A DNA stretch of 64,000 bases from Takakia lepidozioides. Taxonomy: Eukaryota > Plantae > Bryophyta. Shown here one piece after another: positions 38,104 to 50,433 of the stretch. Made by a program: the position numbers and the translations under genes. The notes under the pieces were generated by a model. The model worked only from the letters and a program-made list of their open reading frames with translations, did no database searches and had not been told where the DNA came from. The stretch covers positions 53,878,001-53,942,000 of the forward strand of contig CM060732.1 in assembly GCA_030704615.1 (NCBI GenBank). Direction: 5' to 3'. The stretch's first letter is position 1. Each line of letters opens with the position of its first letter.

Positions 38104-39074
38104 TCAGTCTTGGCTCAGGATGGAGAAGAACCGGCTGAAAATGGTGAAGCAGTTTGTTTTCAGTCTTGCAAACTGTTGTTCCTCTGTCCAATCAAACTGG
38201 TAATCGAGTTCGAAGCCCTGTCTTGTGAAGAGATCACTAAACAACCTCTTCAAATATGTATAGTTGGGCGTCTCGTCAAAGCCTAAGGAGCGACAATATT
38301 TGAAGTAGTCGGCAAACTCCGGTGGGAATTCTCGCACGATCTCATCTGTTATGTTTTTTATCAGCTCATCGTGCCTCTCGATCTTGGTCCACGAAGTACT
38401 GGACACCTTCCATGGCAAGCTTCCCATAAGAAAATACATGAGGATATAACCAAGCGACTCCAAATCATCTCTCCTGCTTTAATTTGCATTACGAATTGGC
38501 TCCGTGATGTTTTCTCTGTAGCATATATGTTCGTAACTGATATAATCCCAGTATCGAACACCGGAGCCGAAATCAGTGATGTAGACTTTATATTGGGCGT
38601 CATAATCCGAAGGCGGCCCCATGAGTATGTTTTCAGGTTTGAGATTTATATGAATGACACGATTTCCATGCACGGCTTCCAATCTGTCAATCAGCTGATC
38701 TGCAAGCATCAGAACAGTTTTCAACGAAAACTTCCCATTGCAAAATTTGAGCAAGTCGGCCAGACTCGGCCCCAATAACTCGAAAACCTTGACATGGTAG
38801 TCCCCTTCTGGAGCAGACCATATTGTCTTTGCTATCCCATTCAAGCCCTTCAACAACATGTACATTCTAGCCTCGTTCAACAATTTGGACTGGTTGCCGT
38901 CCAAATACTTTCCAGGATTCTTCTTCAGACGCTCCAGTTTGATTGCGTATATATATCGCCAGTTTCAAATATGGGTACCGCATAGAACTCACCAGAATCA
39001 TCTTTCCCAATTTTCGGCCCAAGCCTGTACTTCTTGGCCACCAATGTTGGTCTAACACCTTCAGAACCATACAT
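38104..39074 (-). pseudogene. Intronless casein kinase 1 pseudogene
   Basis: KYRLGPKIG, AIKLE, ELLGPSLADL, KFSLKTVLMLADQLI, DFG, SRRDDLESLGY, CRSLGFDETPNY, FELDYQFDWT. 2-bp frameshift in a TA run ~38950, in-frame TAA at 38481-38479, activation-segment deletion, HRD changed to HIN. Confidence 0.9.
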
Positions 39075-39789
39075 CCCCGCCTGTACTTTACTCACACCCT
39101 GCAACAACCCCTCCCGGAGATCTGAGGAGAATGAAGAAAGCCAGCGTGACGAGGTTACACTGAAGATCTGCATGAGTACCAGAGCTCCTTCTCTACTTCT
39201 ACAATCTGCTGCTTCTAATATGCTACTACAATCAACGTGCAGGTGGGTGTCTTGCCAAAGCTTGCTCCTTGCTGCTAGCGCCTGTCGTGCGTCTAACTGC
39301 ATCCAAGCCAGCTGAGCCCAGGCCCCCTCATAACTTATATACTCAATGAGTCATTTTCCTTTTGTGCTCCCTTTTGGGAAGACTTCTTTTTTCTTTTCTT
39401 TTTGGAAACTTTTCCTGTCAGAAATAGCAAAAGTAAACCAGAGACCTTTCATGGCATCCATCCATGTATCTTAGGTGGTTTTGAGTATAGCACACTCTTG
39501 GTGATTACTCAGCAATCTCCCACTTTGTTGTGCGTCAGAGGCAGCTTGGCGTGAATTGGTGGAGGCAAAGCTAAACGAGGATGTCCGACACGGATTTGAG
39601 ACATCCGCATATGGTTGGTGGGGTTGCTTGGGGGCTTCTGCAAGGGATGTTGGGCTTCAATCCAACTTATCAGTGCCGGCCAGGGTGCACTTGCACACCC
39701 TTTTATTGTGTCAGGGCTGGGTTGATGGATGATCCCATCATGTTACGGTTGATCCGGCCTGCTCAACAGGATAGCGATGGAAACATTGA

Positions 39790-42245
39790 ATGGGCGCAAA
39801 CACTAACGATCAATTTAGGGACACACAACGTGGGGGGGTTCACCGAAGCACACCTGCAAGAGTGATGGGTGCGTCTCCTGTCCTTTTGTTGTTGCTGAGT
39901 ATTGGGTGATTTCTATCTTTGGCTGTTTGTTGTAGTACCAGTGCAGAAGCAACAGTATGAGTTGTTGTCTTGTGCATCGATGGATTGTCGCACAAAAGTA
40001 GAGAGGGGCATAGCGACAGCTAATTCCAGAATAATAAAGAGGTTTCCGTCAGGCAGTCAAAGTCGTCCCTTTGCGGCACGGAACCTATTTAAACATAGAT
40101 GATGGTATTCAGAAGGTGTTCGGGTGTTAACTTCTTAATTATATGTTTATGTTGAGAAGGAAGGAGGCCAAGTGGGGCAGGGCAGGGGAGGGAGTTGGGG
40201 GAGGAGGTGGGGGGGGGGGGGGGGGGGGGGGGTTGGTTTTGCTGGATTAGTCTTACTGAATACAAAGAAAAGTGCCACATGCCCTGGATCAAACCGTGGG
40301 TTTGCTAAGAAAGATGAGATGAGATTAACTGGGGAAACAGTTTTGATCCATCATAGGAGCCGGGTCTGACAAATATTCATCCTATAAGACTGTTTGATAA
40401 GGTACTCAATGGTACCTTGAAGACCTTTGTCTCAGATATAGTGCGTCTGGGGTTTTCCATGCGGGGGATAGGGACAATCCTGCAGTACAAAACTTGTTTG
40501 TTGCAAAGATCGAACACAATCCAGTCTGTTGCTCTGGTTACTAACAGTATAACACCGTGTGAGTTGGGTTCTGTTGTCTTGAAGCAGGATGTCTAGAGGA
40601 TTGTGCAATTATAGTGTTGGTGCACCATGGACTACCCGCAGAGTTGTGAAGTCTGCATATCCAACTCTCCAGAATGGTCCTCTTATTCACCGGTATCACA
40701 GATGCAAAATCAGTTTCTCTTTGTATATACTGAAGATTTGCTGATTTGAAAGGCAGCCACTAACAGGTGGTAGGAAGAGAGAGCAGCCATGGCATCGCAA
40801 TGCATGGCACACGTTTGGAACATCTCCACCTCTTCTGAAGGCATGTGGGGGCAGCCTCACAAGCCTCCCCCAGGGTTTGCTGCTAACCAGCCTGGCACTT
40901 GGCTGAAAGCTACAGGATATTTTCAGAACGGAACTGCATTGGGATTTGTTTCCAACAGTTTCAAATGGAGAACAGTAGAAGAAGGCAACGTTTCTGGACA
41001 GGGGGATGAGCAAGCAGGTCACCTGGAGGTGTGGAACAATGAATGGCCAACTCTGCCCGTGGTCACAGTCCACAATCAAGTTGCTAAGACAGGCAAATAT
41101 CCAAAAGACCAAAATACGGTGAGGAGGAGCTTTGGATGTATTCTTCAAACTCCATTCATTGGTGGGACAATCGAGGCAACAAGGTGATTGCATTGAGTGC
41201 AAGTTGTGTTAGAGCAGAAGCAGACAACAAAACCATGCACAGCCTTTTTCCCCAAGTAATGATAGCCCTTCCCCCCCACTCTCTCTCTCCTTCCCTCTGT
41301 CTAGAGATTTCATGCTAAATCTCTAGAATCCATTGAGGTCGTGGTGCTCAAAGAAAGCATGTCAACTTGTTCTAGAACAACTAATGTGACTGTTCAGGGC
41401 GAGTTTGGCATACCTCCTTTAAGCTCTCGATGCGATGAATTCAAGGTCAGATGGTGGGGTCAGTTGAATCACAGTAATACCAGAAACCCTACGATAATTG
41501 ACGCTATTCCTTGGAGGCAAGACCGTCCTGTTAAACAGGCTAAGTCTTGGCAGAAAAGGGTAGAAAAGATTTTCAAGTATCTGAATATTAGTCCAGAAGA
41601 GTTGACCCTACTGGGTGAAGCTGACCGGGAGGGGTTGTGTCCAAAGCCATGTCTGATGCCTGAAGGTTGTACATTAAAAACAAGTTAGGCATTAAACTTC
41701 CCTGAACTTGTTCCAGTCTGTGACATGGGCAAGGACCTTAAGGATGATCTGAAGGGCCTACCTACCCTCGGCACTGGACTGAAATTTAAACTCAGGGCGG
41801 GGAGCCCACCTTTAAACAATAAACAGATGCAGATAGGGAAAGGAGATTGTAATTGCCCGATGTGCGGGCAACCTGAAGACATCCATTTTCTGATACATTG
41901 TCCAGGGTATCTCACCTGAGACCCTCTTCACGAACATCAAGAACATGGTTCCTGCACCTCTGTTCACCAACTTTCAAAATCTCGAGGCTAAGCCTAAAGA
42001 CCTGGCCCTGTTGGGGTCTAACTTTTGGGCTGCTCACATACAGCAGATTGATGCTTGTGTGAAGGGCTTGAGGATATCTGGAAAGCCAAAACTAATTGTT
42101 TATACCAAGGTAGGTCACGCTACTGGAATGAGCCCCTCACAAAGGTCGTTCCTATCCCCTATGTTTCCGTCCAAACTGGGCGCGTGGTCTATGGGCACAA
42201 GGCTACGGCAAATGAAGTTTGAGTTATTTCTCTCTCTCTCTCAAA
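39790..42245 (+). mobile_element. Degenerate LINE (RTEX-like by inference)
   Basis: APE-like start (INLGTHNVGG), post-RT region (TTNVTVQGEFGIPPLSSR...WWGQL), C-terminal FKLRAG...CPMCGQPEDIHFLIHCPGY, and a 3' tail ending in (CT)n. Confidence 0.72.
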
Positions 42246-42302
42246 GGTAAGTCACACTACCGGAGTGAGCCCCTCAATATGCTAGTCTCTGCCTCCCTTT
42301 TC

Positions 42303-42388
42303 TTCTGCCCAAACTGTGCACGGGGTCTATGGCAAGGCTATGGCAAACAATTGTCTTATGAGTACATTCTGTGTGTGTGTGTGTGTGA
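42303..42388 (+). mobile_element. Second LINE 3'-tail copy ending in (GT)n
   Basis: CCAAACTGTGCACGGGGTCTATGGCAAGGCTATGGCAAAC...CTTATGAGTACA. Confidence 0.7.
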
Positions 42389-42619
42389 AGGGCCTACTGC
42401 CCTGCACCACAACCCACTGTGACGGGCAGAAGCCTCCTGTGCCCTGCACACTCCCCACTCATGTCATTTCTGAGGTAAATACAGGGCTATAAAACTAAAA
42501 TCAATACCTGGTAGTGCAACACATTCACATGTGTCACATCTGTTGTTTGTCAATACTAGCTGCTGGTGAGCCTCACACTGTTTTCGCGGAGGTGTGACTA
42601 ACTGAAGGAGGTAGTCTGG

Positions 42620-45250
42620 ATGCAGATCAATCCCAGAGGACCCGATTTCATGTGCAAGGGTATCAATGGGACACTCTGCGTTGATTACAAGAAGCCTGTG
42701 TGGGTAGATCAAGAACTGAAAGCAGCACCACCACAATTGTTGACTCTATGTAAGGCAGGACGACTAAGAGAAGCACTGCACATATTGGACCAAAGAGGCA
42801 TTTCAGCAGACTCGAACACTTATGTCTGTCTCTTGCAGGAGTGTATCAAGATGAAAAGCCTAGCAGAGGGAAAGCAGGTGCATGCCCACATTATCCATAG
42901 TGGGTTCAACCCAAACATCTTTCTACACACCACTCTTGTCCACATGTATGCGAAGTGTGGGAGTGTGACGGATGCACGACTGGTGTTTGACAAAATGCCC
43001 GAACGAGATGTGTTTACATGGACTGTTATGATTGCGGGATATACCAAGAATGGTTGTGGTATGGAGGCCTTGGAGACTTATGAGCAGATGATACAGGAAG
43101 GGGAGACGCCCAACAATTTCACCTTCACTTGCATTCTCAAGGCATGTGCCAGCCTGGCAGTGCTGGACAGGGGCATAGAGGTCCACACTGACATCATCAA
43201 AGCTGGAATCAAGCCAGATATCATTCTGGAAAATACCTTAGTTGATATGTATGCCAAGTGTGGGAGTGTAAAGCATGCACGTCAAGTGTTCGACAAAATG
43301 GCTCAGACAGATATAGTTTCATGGAATACTATGATTGCAGGATATGCTCAGCATGGGTGTGGTCTGGAGGCTCTCCAGATGTATGAGAAGATGATATGGG
43401 AAGGGGGGCAGCCCGACAGAGTCACGTTTGTTTGTGTTCTCAATGCCTGTGCCAGCCTGGCAGCTCTGGCAAAGGGCATAGAGGTCCATGGTGACATTTT
43501 GAAGGTCGGGGTTGTCCCAGATGTCATTCTCGATACTGCTCTTGTTAACATGTATGCAAAATGCGGGAAAATAAACTATGCTCGTCAAGTGTTTGACAGT
43601 ATGGCTGACCGAAATGTCGTCTCATGGAATGCAATGATTGCAGGATATGCTCAGCATGGCTATGATACAGAGGCCGTGCGACTTTTTGAACAAATGCAAC
43701 AGGAAGACTTGAAGCCAGACGTGGTGTCATGGAATGCCATGATTGCAGGATATGTTCAGCATGGTTGTGGTAAGGAGGCTTTGGCAATGTATGAGCAAAT
43801 GATGCAGGAAGGGATGACGCCCAGCCAGGTAACGTTTGTTTGCGTGCTCAATGCGTGTGCCAGCTTGACAGCCCTTGAAAAGGGCCGGGAGGTTCACTCT
43901 TATGCCATCGAAACTGGAATTGAGGCAGATATCATTCTGGAAAACACCCTTGTTGACATGTATGCCAAATGTGGGAGTGTAAAGGATGCACGTCAAGTCT
44001 TTGACAATATGGCTCAGCGAGGAGTAATCTCATGGAATGTGATGATTGCAGGATATGTTCGGAATAGCTGTGGTAGGGAGGCTTTAGAGATGTATGAGAA
44101 GATGATACAGGAAGGGGTGAAGCCCGACATGGTCACATTTGTTTGTGTTCTCAATGCTTGTGCCAGCCTGGCAGCCCTGAGAAAAGGCAAAGAGGTCCAT
44201 GCTGACATCGTCAAAGCTGGAATTGAGCCAAATGTCATTCTGGGCAGTACCCTGGTCGACATGTATGCCAAATGCGGGCGCATAAAGGACGCGGGTCAAG
44301 TATTCAATAAAATGGCTGAACGTAATGTGGTCTCATGGAATGCAATGATAGCAGGGTACGCCAAACATGGGTGTGGGAGGGAGGCTCTGCAGCTATTTGA
44401 ACAAATGAAACAGGAAGGCTTGAAGCCAGATGGTATCACCTTTATATGTGTTCTTTCTGCATGTAGCCATGTGGGCCTAATACATGAAGGTAGTCATTAT
44501 TTTGATTCCATGAGTCGAGATCATGGCCTCTCTCCCACAGTAGAGCATTTTGGGTGCATCGTGGACCTTCATGGCCGTGCCGGGCGATTGGATGAAGCAG
44601 AGAAGTTCATCAACAAAATGCCAATTGAACCACATACTGCAGTGTGGGGGGCATTGCTTGGTGCCTGCAGAATTCATGGCAATGTGAAGCTGGCAGAACG
44701 TGCAGCAAAGTGCCTTCTCAAGTGGGATCCACAGCACGCTGCCACTTATGTGCTGCTATCAAACATATATGCAGGGGCTGGCATGTGGGACGACACTGCG
44801 AAGGTCAGAAAAATAATGAAGGACAGAGGGGTCAGGAAAGAGCCAGGTCGCTGCTACATTGAGGTGGATCACCGGGTGCATACATTTGTTGTTGACGACA
44901 TACCGCATCCCGAAATTGGGGAGATCCATGCTGAGTTACAGAGATTGTCTGAGCAGATGAAGGAGGCAGGATATGTACCTGACACACGGTTTGTACTCCA
45001 TGATGTGGAGGAGGAGCAAAAGGAACTTTCTCTTTGCCACCACAGTGAGAAGCTGGCCATTGCTTTTGGGCTCATCAGCACGCCCCCTGGGATGCCTGTT
45101 TACATCATCAAGAATCTCCGGGTGTGTGGTGACTGCCATACAGCCACCAAGTTCATCTCGAAGATTGTCCGGCGAGCAATTGTTGTACGGGATGCCAACC
45201 GCTTCCACCACTTCCAAGATGGGGTTTGTTCTTGTGGGGATTACTGGTGA
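42620..45250 (+). CDS. PLS-class PPR protein with E1/E2/DYW deaminase domain (C-to-U organellar RNA-editing factor), intronless, 876 aa
   Basis: 18 readable P/L/S motifs, PG box (VRKEPG), HSEKLA, KNLRVCGDCH, terminal CSCGDYW. Confidence 0.97.
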   Translation: MQINPRGPDFMCKGINGTLCVDYKKPVWVDQELKAAPPQLLTLCKAGRLREALHILDQRGISADSNTYVCLLQECIKMKSLAEGKQVHAHIIHSGFNPNIFLHTTLVHMYAKCGSVTDARLVFDKMPERDVFTWTVMIAGYTKNGCGMEALETYEQMIQEGETPNNFTFTCILKACASLAVLDRGIEVHTDIIKAGIKPDIILENTLVDMYAKCGSVKHARQVFDKMAQTDIVSWNTMIAGYAQHGCGLEALQMYEKMIWEGGQPDRVTFVCVLNACASLAALAKGIEVHGDILKVGVVPDVILDTALVNMYAKCGKINYARQVFDSMADRNVVSWNAMIAGYAQHGYDTEAVRLFEQMQQEDLKPDVVSWNAMIAGYVQHGCGKEALAMYEQMMQEGMTPSQVTFVCVLNACASLTALEKGREVHSYAIETGIEADIILENTLVDMYAKCGSVKDARQVFDNMAQRGVISWNVMIAGYVRNSCGREALEMYEKMIQEGVKPDMVTFVCVLNACASLAALRKGKEVHADIVKAGIEPNVILGSTLVDMYAKCGRIKDAGQVFNKMAERNVVSWNAMIAGYAKHGCGREALQLFEQMKQEGLKPDGITFICVLSACSHVGLIHEGSHYFDSMSRDHGLSPTVEHFGCIVDLHGRAGRLDEAEKFINKMPIEPHTAVWGALLGACRIHGNVKLAERAAKCLLKWDPQHAATYVLLSNIYAGAGMWDDTAKVRKIMKDRGVRKEPGRCYIEVDHRVHTFVVDDIPHPEIGEIHAELQRLSEQMKEAGYVPDTRFVLHDVEEEQKELSLCHHSEKLAIAFGLISTPPGMPVYIIKNLRVCGDCHTATKFISKIVRRAIVVRDANRFHHFQDGVCSCGDYW

Positions 45251-48200
45251 ATCAGGATGAAATTCTGAATTTGTGAAGGACGAAAGGTGTCTTTGTAACC
45301 AAATGAATTTGGAAGGACATGTGCCATTGTGTGTGAGAGTCAGACCCACTCCTCTGTGGGCATCCCAGGGCGATGATCACAATTAGGGATCCTTGGACAA
45401 CAGTACTGAAGTGGTCAAAAACCTTATTGCAGTGGAGTTGTCTTTCCTCGCAACTAAAGGATGCAGCTAAGTTCTGTCGCATTAAGTTGAAGTGAGTACC
45501 ATGGACCAGCAATCAAAGCAAGTAGAAGGTTTGCAAGACCTCTCATTTGAACCAGATCATGCTTCAGGGGCTGTGTTGGTTATGGCTTGGCAAATCACTT
45601 TATTTCAGGTTGAGTGTTTCCCTGTGCTTGTTTGTTGACACTGAAGGAACAAGCCCTGCATGGTTGAACTGTTGAACTGACAAAAGGAGAGGTGAATGGA
45701 TATCTGGTGGCTGTTGAACAAAGTGAGGAGACATTATGTCCTCATGGGCTGTCATTTGTGAGGATCTAAGGCTGAATATTTCTGTGAAACGAAGTTGCTC
45801 TTGGGAGTAAATCAGGTTTCATATATCTGTAAGATCGGACTTTACAACTCAGCCCAACTGCCTGCATTGAGTCTCAAACCCGAAATACTACGAGCTGCCT
45901 TAGACTACATAGCTTCAACTGTAGCATGTGGGTGTGACAAGGCAACCTGATCTTGGAAGATAGTAATAGGGGAACTAGAGATTTTTCTTTCCAAGTCTTC
46001 GAGCAGAGGCAGTGTGCTTGGTACCTACTGCAGTGATTGAAGCATGTCTCTTGATACCTGTATCATCAAATTTGAAGACATTCAGAGGAACTGAAGCAGA
46101 GGAACTGAAGCTGAGGATTCATGTGAAAGTATGCACTATGCACTGTGGCGTCATGTGGAAGTAGTAACAGGAAGTGCTACATTGAAAGTGGGAGTGAGCC
46201 CCAAAAGATGTGTGAGGAAGACTAGATGCTCAGAGGCTGAGTGGGAAACAACAAATGTCTCAACACGTTTTGGCGACTGCCTCCACTTGCCATTGATGTT
46301 GATAGAGAGAAGTGCGGAGTACATGTCTTCATCACTGGTTTTTCGCTCCTAATCATTGAAACAAAGTTGTGGAAGCGGTGGGCAAGGTGGCAGTGAAGCA
46401 TGGAAATGACAGATAGAAGGGCATCATTGACGCTTTTGTTGGAGCTAGAGAACAGAAGAAAAAGTATCATAAAGTGAGCAAGCCTCAAAGAAACAAACAA
46501 CATTGCCTGTACCATTTTTGCAATCTGCTTGCTTCTCTGCAGCACTGATGGATGAATAACAGTGAAGATACAGTCCTTCTGAATGAACATTCGGTCCCAT
46601 GGATGACCACATGCATAAGAAAGAACTTTGAGAGAGAACCCACCTGGCTGATAGGGGTGGGAAAGAAGAGAGGCCATAGAAAAATCTTGGGAAGATTGGG
46701 AGGAGTGGTAAGAGAGCAGCCGAACTGGTTTGTGGAACAAGGGATAGTGAGCATTTGGCTATGGCAGCTGGATGTGCAACGGTCTGTTCCCTGGCTGTTG
46801 CAACTACAGGTCTTCAGCAGCGCCCTCACTCTTGTCAGCAGGTACGCCTGCACATTCTGGGTGTGTTATGGAGTTTTTGAGGTAACTGGCTGCGGTGGCG
46901 AGGATTGAATATGCTACAGCTAGGGTAGGAGAGAGTAAGAGGCGAGAGCTGTCATAGCTGGAATTAGGAGAAGATGCATTTGAGTAGTTGTGGGAGTCGC
47001 GCCCCATCTTTCACTCAGGTGTCCTGTAACGAGTTGAAATGTGGAGATCTCCTGTGTAATTCACATGTGTGTTTCCATGCTTGCTTTGTTAGTGGCATTG
47101 TATCCAATTTTGAAAGTGGAGTAATTGAATGCACGGTTGTTTGCTGTCAGATAAGTTGGTCCTTAGTATCAGTAATATTGTAGTCCAGCATAATGCCTTC
47201 GAGACTGCCGAAGCTCGAGTTCGAATAAGGATCCTTTTGGCCCGTACGGCTCCTTGTTCAGAGCGCATTCTAGAAATTTTGCAGCACAGCACCTCTGCAC
47301 TGATGCTTTTTTGTTCATTCGTCAGCGCTTGGGAGAGCATAGTGGATAAATCCGCACAAGCGCACTCCATTTGCTCGCAGAAGCGATGCATGCTGAGTTT
47401 TAATTTAGCTTCATAGTTGAAGCACGAAGCTTTGAGAAAACATATCACATGAACGCTTATGTTACCGCTTTGCAAGCGTTCGGTTCAACGGATTCCTGCT
47501 GAATTGTCAGTGTGGTGGAACTTGTGAAGATGAACGATGAATTGCATTACTCACCAAGGCGGCACTTAACATGAGGGCTGTGACTAATGGGGCAAGGCTT
47601 GGAGCAGGCACAGATGTGGACAAGGAGCCATGGTCCTCCTACACAAATCAGTAGCGTCTGTCTACGCTGTTTGGTCTTCGAGGTTCTCTGGGTCCCACTC
47701 TATGAATCGCTCCTATGGGGGCGACTGCCCTTTTTTATTCCAGTTCTTTTCACCCACTTTTGACTGGATGACACCCTTGGAGTTTACTTTGCCAATCTTA
47801 AGTCTTTCTCTTGGTTTTGCTTTTGCATCCAAGTGGGGAGAAGACCACAGCATTGACAGACCAGCATTGGAAAGACTGTTTGGGAGACCAGTAATACATA
47901 TTTAATTGTGATTGTGTTCCTTCCAGTGTTGATATATATATATATATATATTGCCACAGTGTCCTTTGTACAGGAAAGATTGCCAGTTACAACAACGTTT
48001 TTTCAATGGGCTCTCGGATCAGTGGGACAGAAGTATCACGAAAATATTGTTTGCTTGTGTACAATTGTAGTCGGAAGAATTGGGGAGTTCAAAATGTCTG
48101 AAGGCCAAACCTGAATGTGTGTATAGTTTTCTCTGGGTACTGTGACTTTTTAGAAGAGGATTCTGTATGCTTGTGTCTTGTGTATGTTTTTGTGAGATAG

Positions 48201-48278
48201 AGAGGCCGGAGAGGAAGGGTGACATGCAATCTTGACTAGGAGTAACAAGGATTTGGTGGTTTTGTGGTGAGAGGGCAG

Positions 48279-49749
48279 GAAGCAGAAAGTCCAAGTGGCA
48301 GCAGGGCTTGGGCCAGGTGCAGAGAAGGCCTTCCAGACCACAGTAGAAGTGGATCGCTTGATCGACAATCTTCGAGAAACTGAGCAGGAAAAAGTAATTG
48401 GCTACATCTCTGCGGGCTTCACATAGAGACTATAAGTGTACTTTTGATCACCTGTCAACTCTAAGTTTAGATTTGAAGTGATATGGAAGTTTCTCAGTTA
48501 CACATGCTTTCCACCTTCTACTGCTCAAAGATGACTCAAGCAAAAAGACTCAGCACAGTGAGCAGAAGGTGGTTTACTTGATGTTGGTGGAAATTGTCAG
48601 GCTACTTCATAATCTGCCTATAAAGAGGTTTGAGGACAAACAGTGTGCCTGAACTTGGTGACCTTCCTGTATTTGCACTCACTTCGGCACGAGTCTTTTT
48701 CTGTTTACTTAATCTTCCAGTCATTACCTGAAGAACCATTGTGGGAGTTGGCGCTGGGTTACAGTTGCCGCAGGTGATCTCTGAGAATGTGCTCTCATTT
48801 GATTCTGCATTTTGGCTACGTCTTGCTAACCGAGCAGACCTTTGCAAATCCAAACATGATCAGGTAACTGTTGATGCAATTTTTATCACTTCATGCATGT
48901 GCGATGTATGGTGATGTTGTTGGCCTGATACTGGTCACCTTTGTATGATCAAGATCAAACTCTATTACTTTTTCAGATAGTTGGCTATAGCTATCTGACT
49001 GCATTGTGTATGTATGAGAACATGATTTCTCCCACATGACTGTCAGGGAGGTATTGCTAAGCCTGAATAGTGAAAGACTGCTACAGTTCATTGTCGAGTG
49101 TTTCAGCTTTGATGTGTGTATGAAGTGGTAATGCAGAAGGGCTATGAGCTGCTTGCCTCACAAATTATGACTGTTGTGGAGCACATTGTTCAGAAGACAA
49201 AGGTGTGTACTATCTCGTGTTCCCATCTTCAAAGTATAATGCATTACCCAATCTTTCAGCTCAGGAGCCACTTGTTGGATTGCTTCTCGATAACTGCAGT
49301 ATCTTGGTGTGTGAAACGTGGCGAATGTTCTTTCAGGAAAAAATTGAGTCTTCAACAGATATATTGAAGTCAATTTTGAGTCCGTTGATTGAATCAGATG
49401 GAGAAATTATCTGGCCCCCTCGCAACCAACAGAGCCTCATCGATATGCGAAAGGTATGCATTCTTTATAGTAAGGTTGGTTATCCTTCCTCTCTCTCTTT
49501 CTCTTTCTCTTTGCACATTTCCGCTCAAACTGGGCGCGGGGTCAATGGCCACAAGGCTACGGCAAACAACGTCTTATGAGTACAATCTTTCTCTTTGCAC
49601 ATGTCTAGGAACTGAAATGCCTTATGAGGTGTTATTTGTGCTAGCTGGATTTGACCGGTCCTGGTGGGTCTCAGGAAGTTGAGCTAAGGGAGAAGGACAA
49701 TTTTCTGGATGAAAGCTTTCTAGCTGAGGTCAGCGCACAGTTGCGGCAG
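48279..49749 (+). CDS. Conserved plant protein resembling Arabidopsis At4g24090 (partial; exons 48279-48393, 48765-48863, 49137-49202, 49337-49453, 49675-49749)
   Basis: Five AG/GT-bounded exons join in frame: EVDRLIDNLR...ENVLSFDSAFWLRLANRADLCKS...EKIESSTDILKSIL...WPPRN...LDESFLAEVSAQLRQ. Family assignment is from recalled similarity. Missed by the ORF track. Confidence 0.8.
49519..49585 (+). mobile_element. Short LINE 3'-tail insertion in an intron
   Basis: CAAACTGGGCGCGGGGTCAATGGCCACAAGGCTACGGCAAAC. 17-bp TSD TCTTTCTCTTTGCACAT (49502-49518, 49586-49602). Confidence 0.88.
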
Positions 49750-49933
49750 GTGAGCATCCCTCTAAACATCTTTTCCTTGGGGTTCTGCTCAACAATCCGT
49801 GTGGTCATCTTCACTGGCCTTCTCACTATGCCTCCCAAAAATCAGTGCAAAAAGTGAGGAAAGTGGTAATTCTCAGTTCGTCTTGTTGCTGGGACGCCAC
49901 TCTACTGCTTTCTGGGGAGATCCCCATAACACG

Positions 49934-50433
49934 NNNNNNNNNNNNNNNNNNNNNNNNNNNNNNNNNNNNNNNNNNNNNNNNNNNNNNNNNNNNNNNNNNN
50001 NNNNNNNNNNNNNNNNNNNNNNNNNNNNNNNNNNNNNNNNNNNNNNNNNNNNNNNNNNNNNNNNNNNNNNNNNNNNNNNNNNNNNNNNNNNNNNNNNNNN
50101 NNNNNNNNNNNNNNNNNNNNNNNNNNNNNNNNNNNNNNNNNNNNNNNNNNNNNNNNNNNNNNNNNNNNNNNNNNNNNNNNNNNNNNNNNNNNNNNNNNNN
50201 NNNNNNNNNNNNNNNNNNNNNNNNNNNNNNNNNNNNNNNNNNNNNNNNNNNNNNNNNNNNNNNNNNNNNNNNNNNNNNNNNNNNNNNNNNNNNNNNNNNN
50301 NNNNNNNNNNNNNNNNNNNNNNNNNNNNNNNNNNNNNNNNNNNNNNNNNNNNNNNNNNNNNNNNNNNNNNNNNNNNNNNNNNNNNNNNNNNNNNNNNNNN
50401 NNNNNNNNNNNNNNNNNNNNNNNNNNNNNNNNN
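49934..50433. other. Assembly gap (500 N)
   Basis: Run of exactly 500 N. Confidence 1.

Noticed and set aside
44830-45250. U-to-C (KP-type) DYW domain
   Set aside because: HSEKLA, a PG box and a DYW end indicate the ordinary C-to-U type.
46130-47480. Possible LINE remnant or first exon of the At4g24090-like gene
   Set aside because: No diagnostic motif or confident splice path to 48279.
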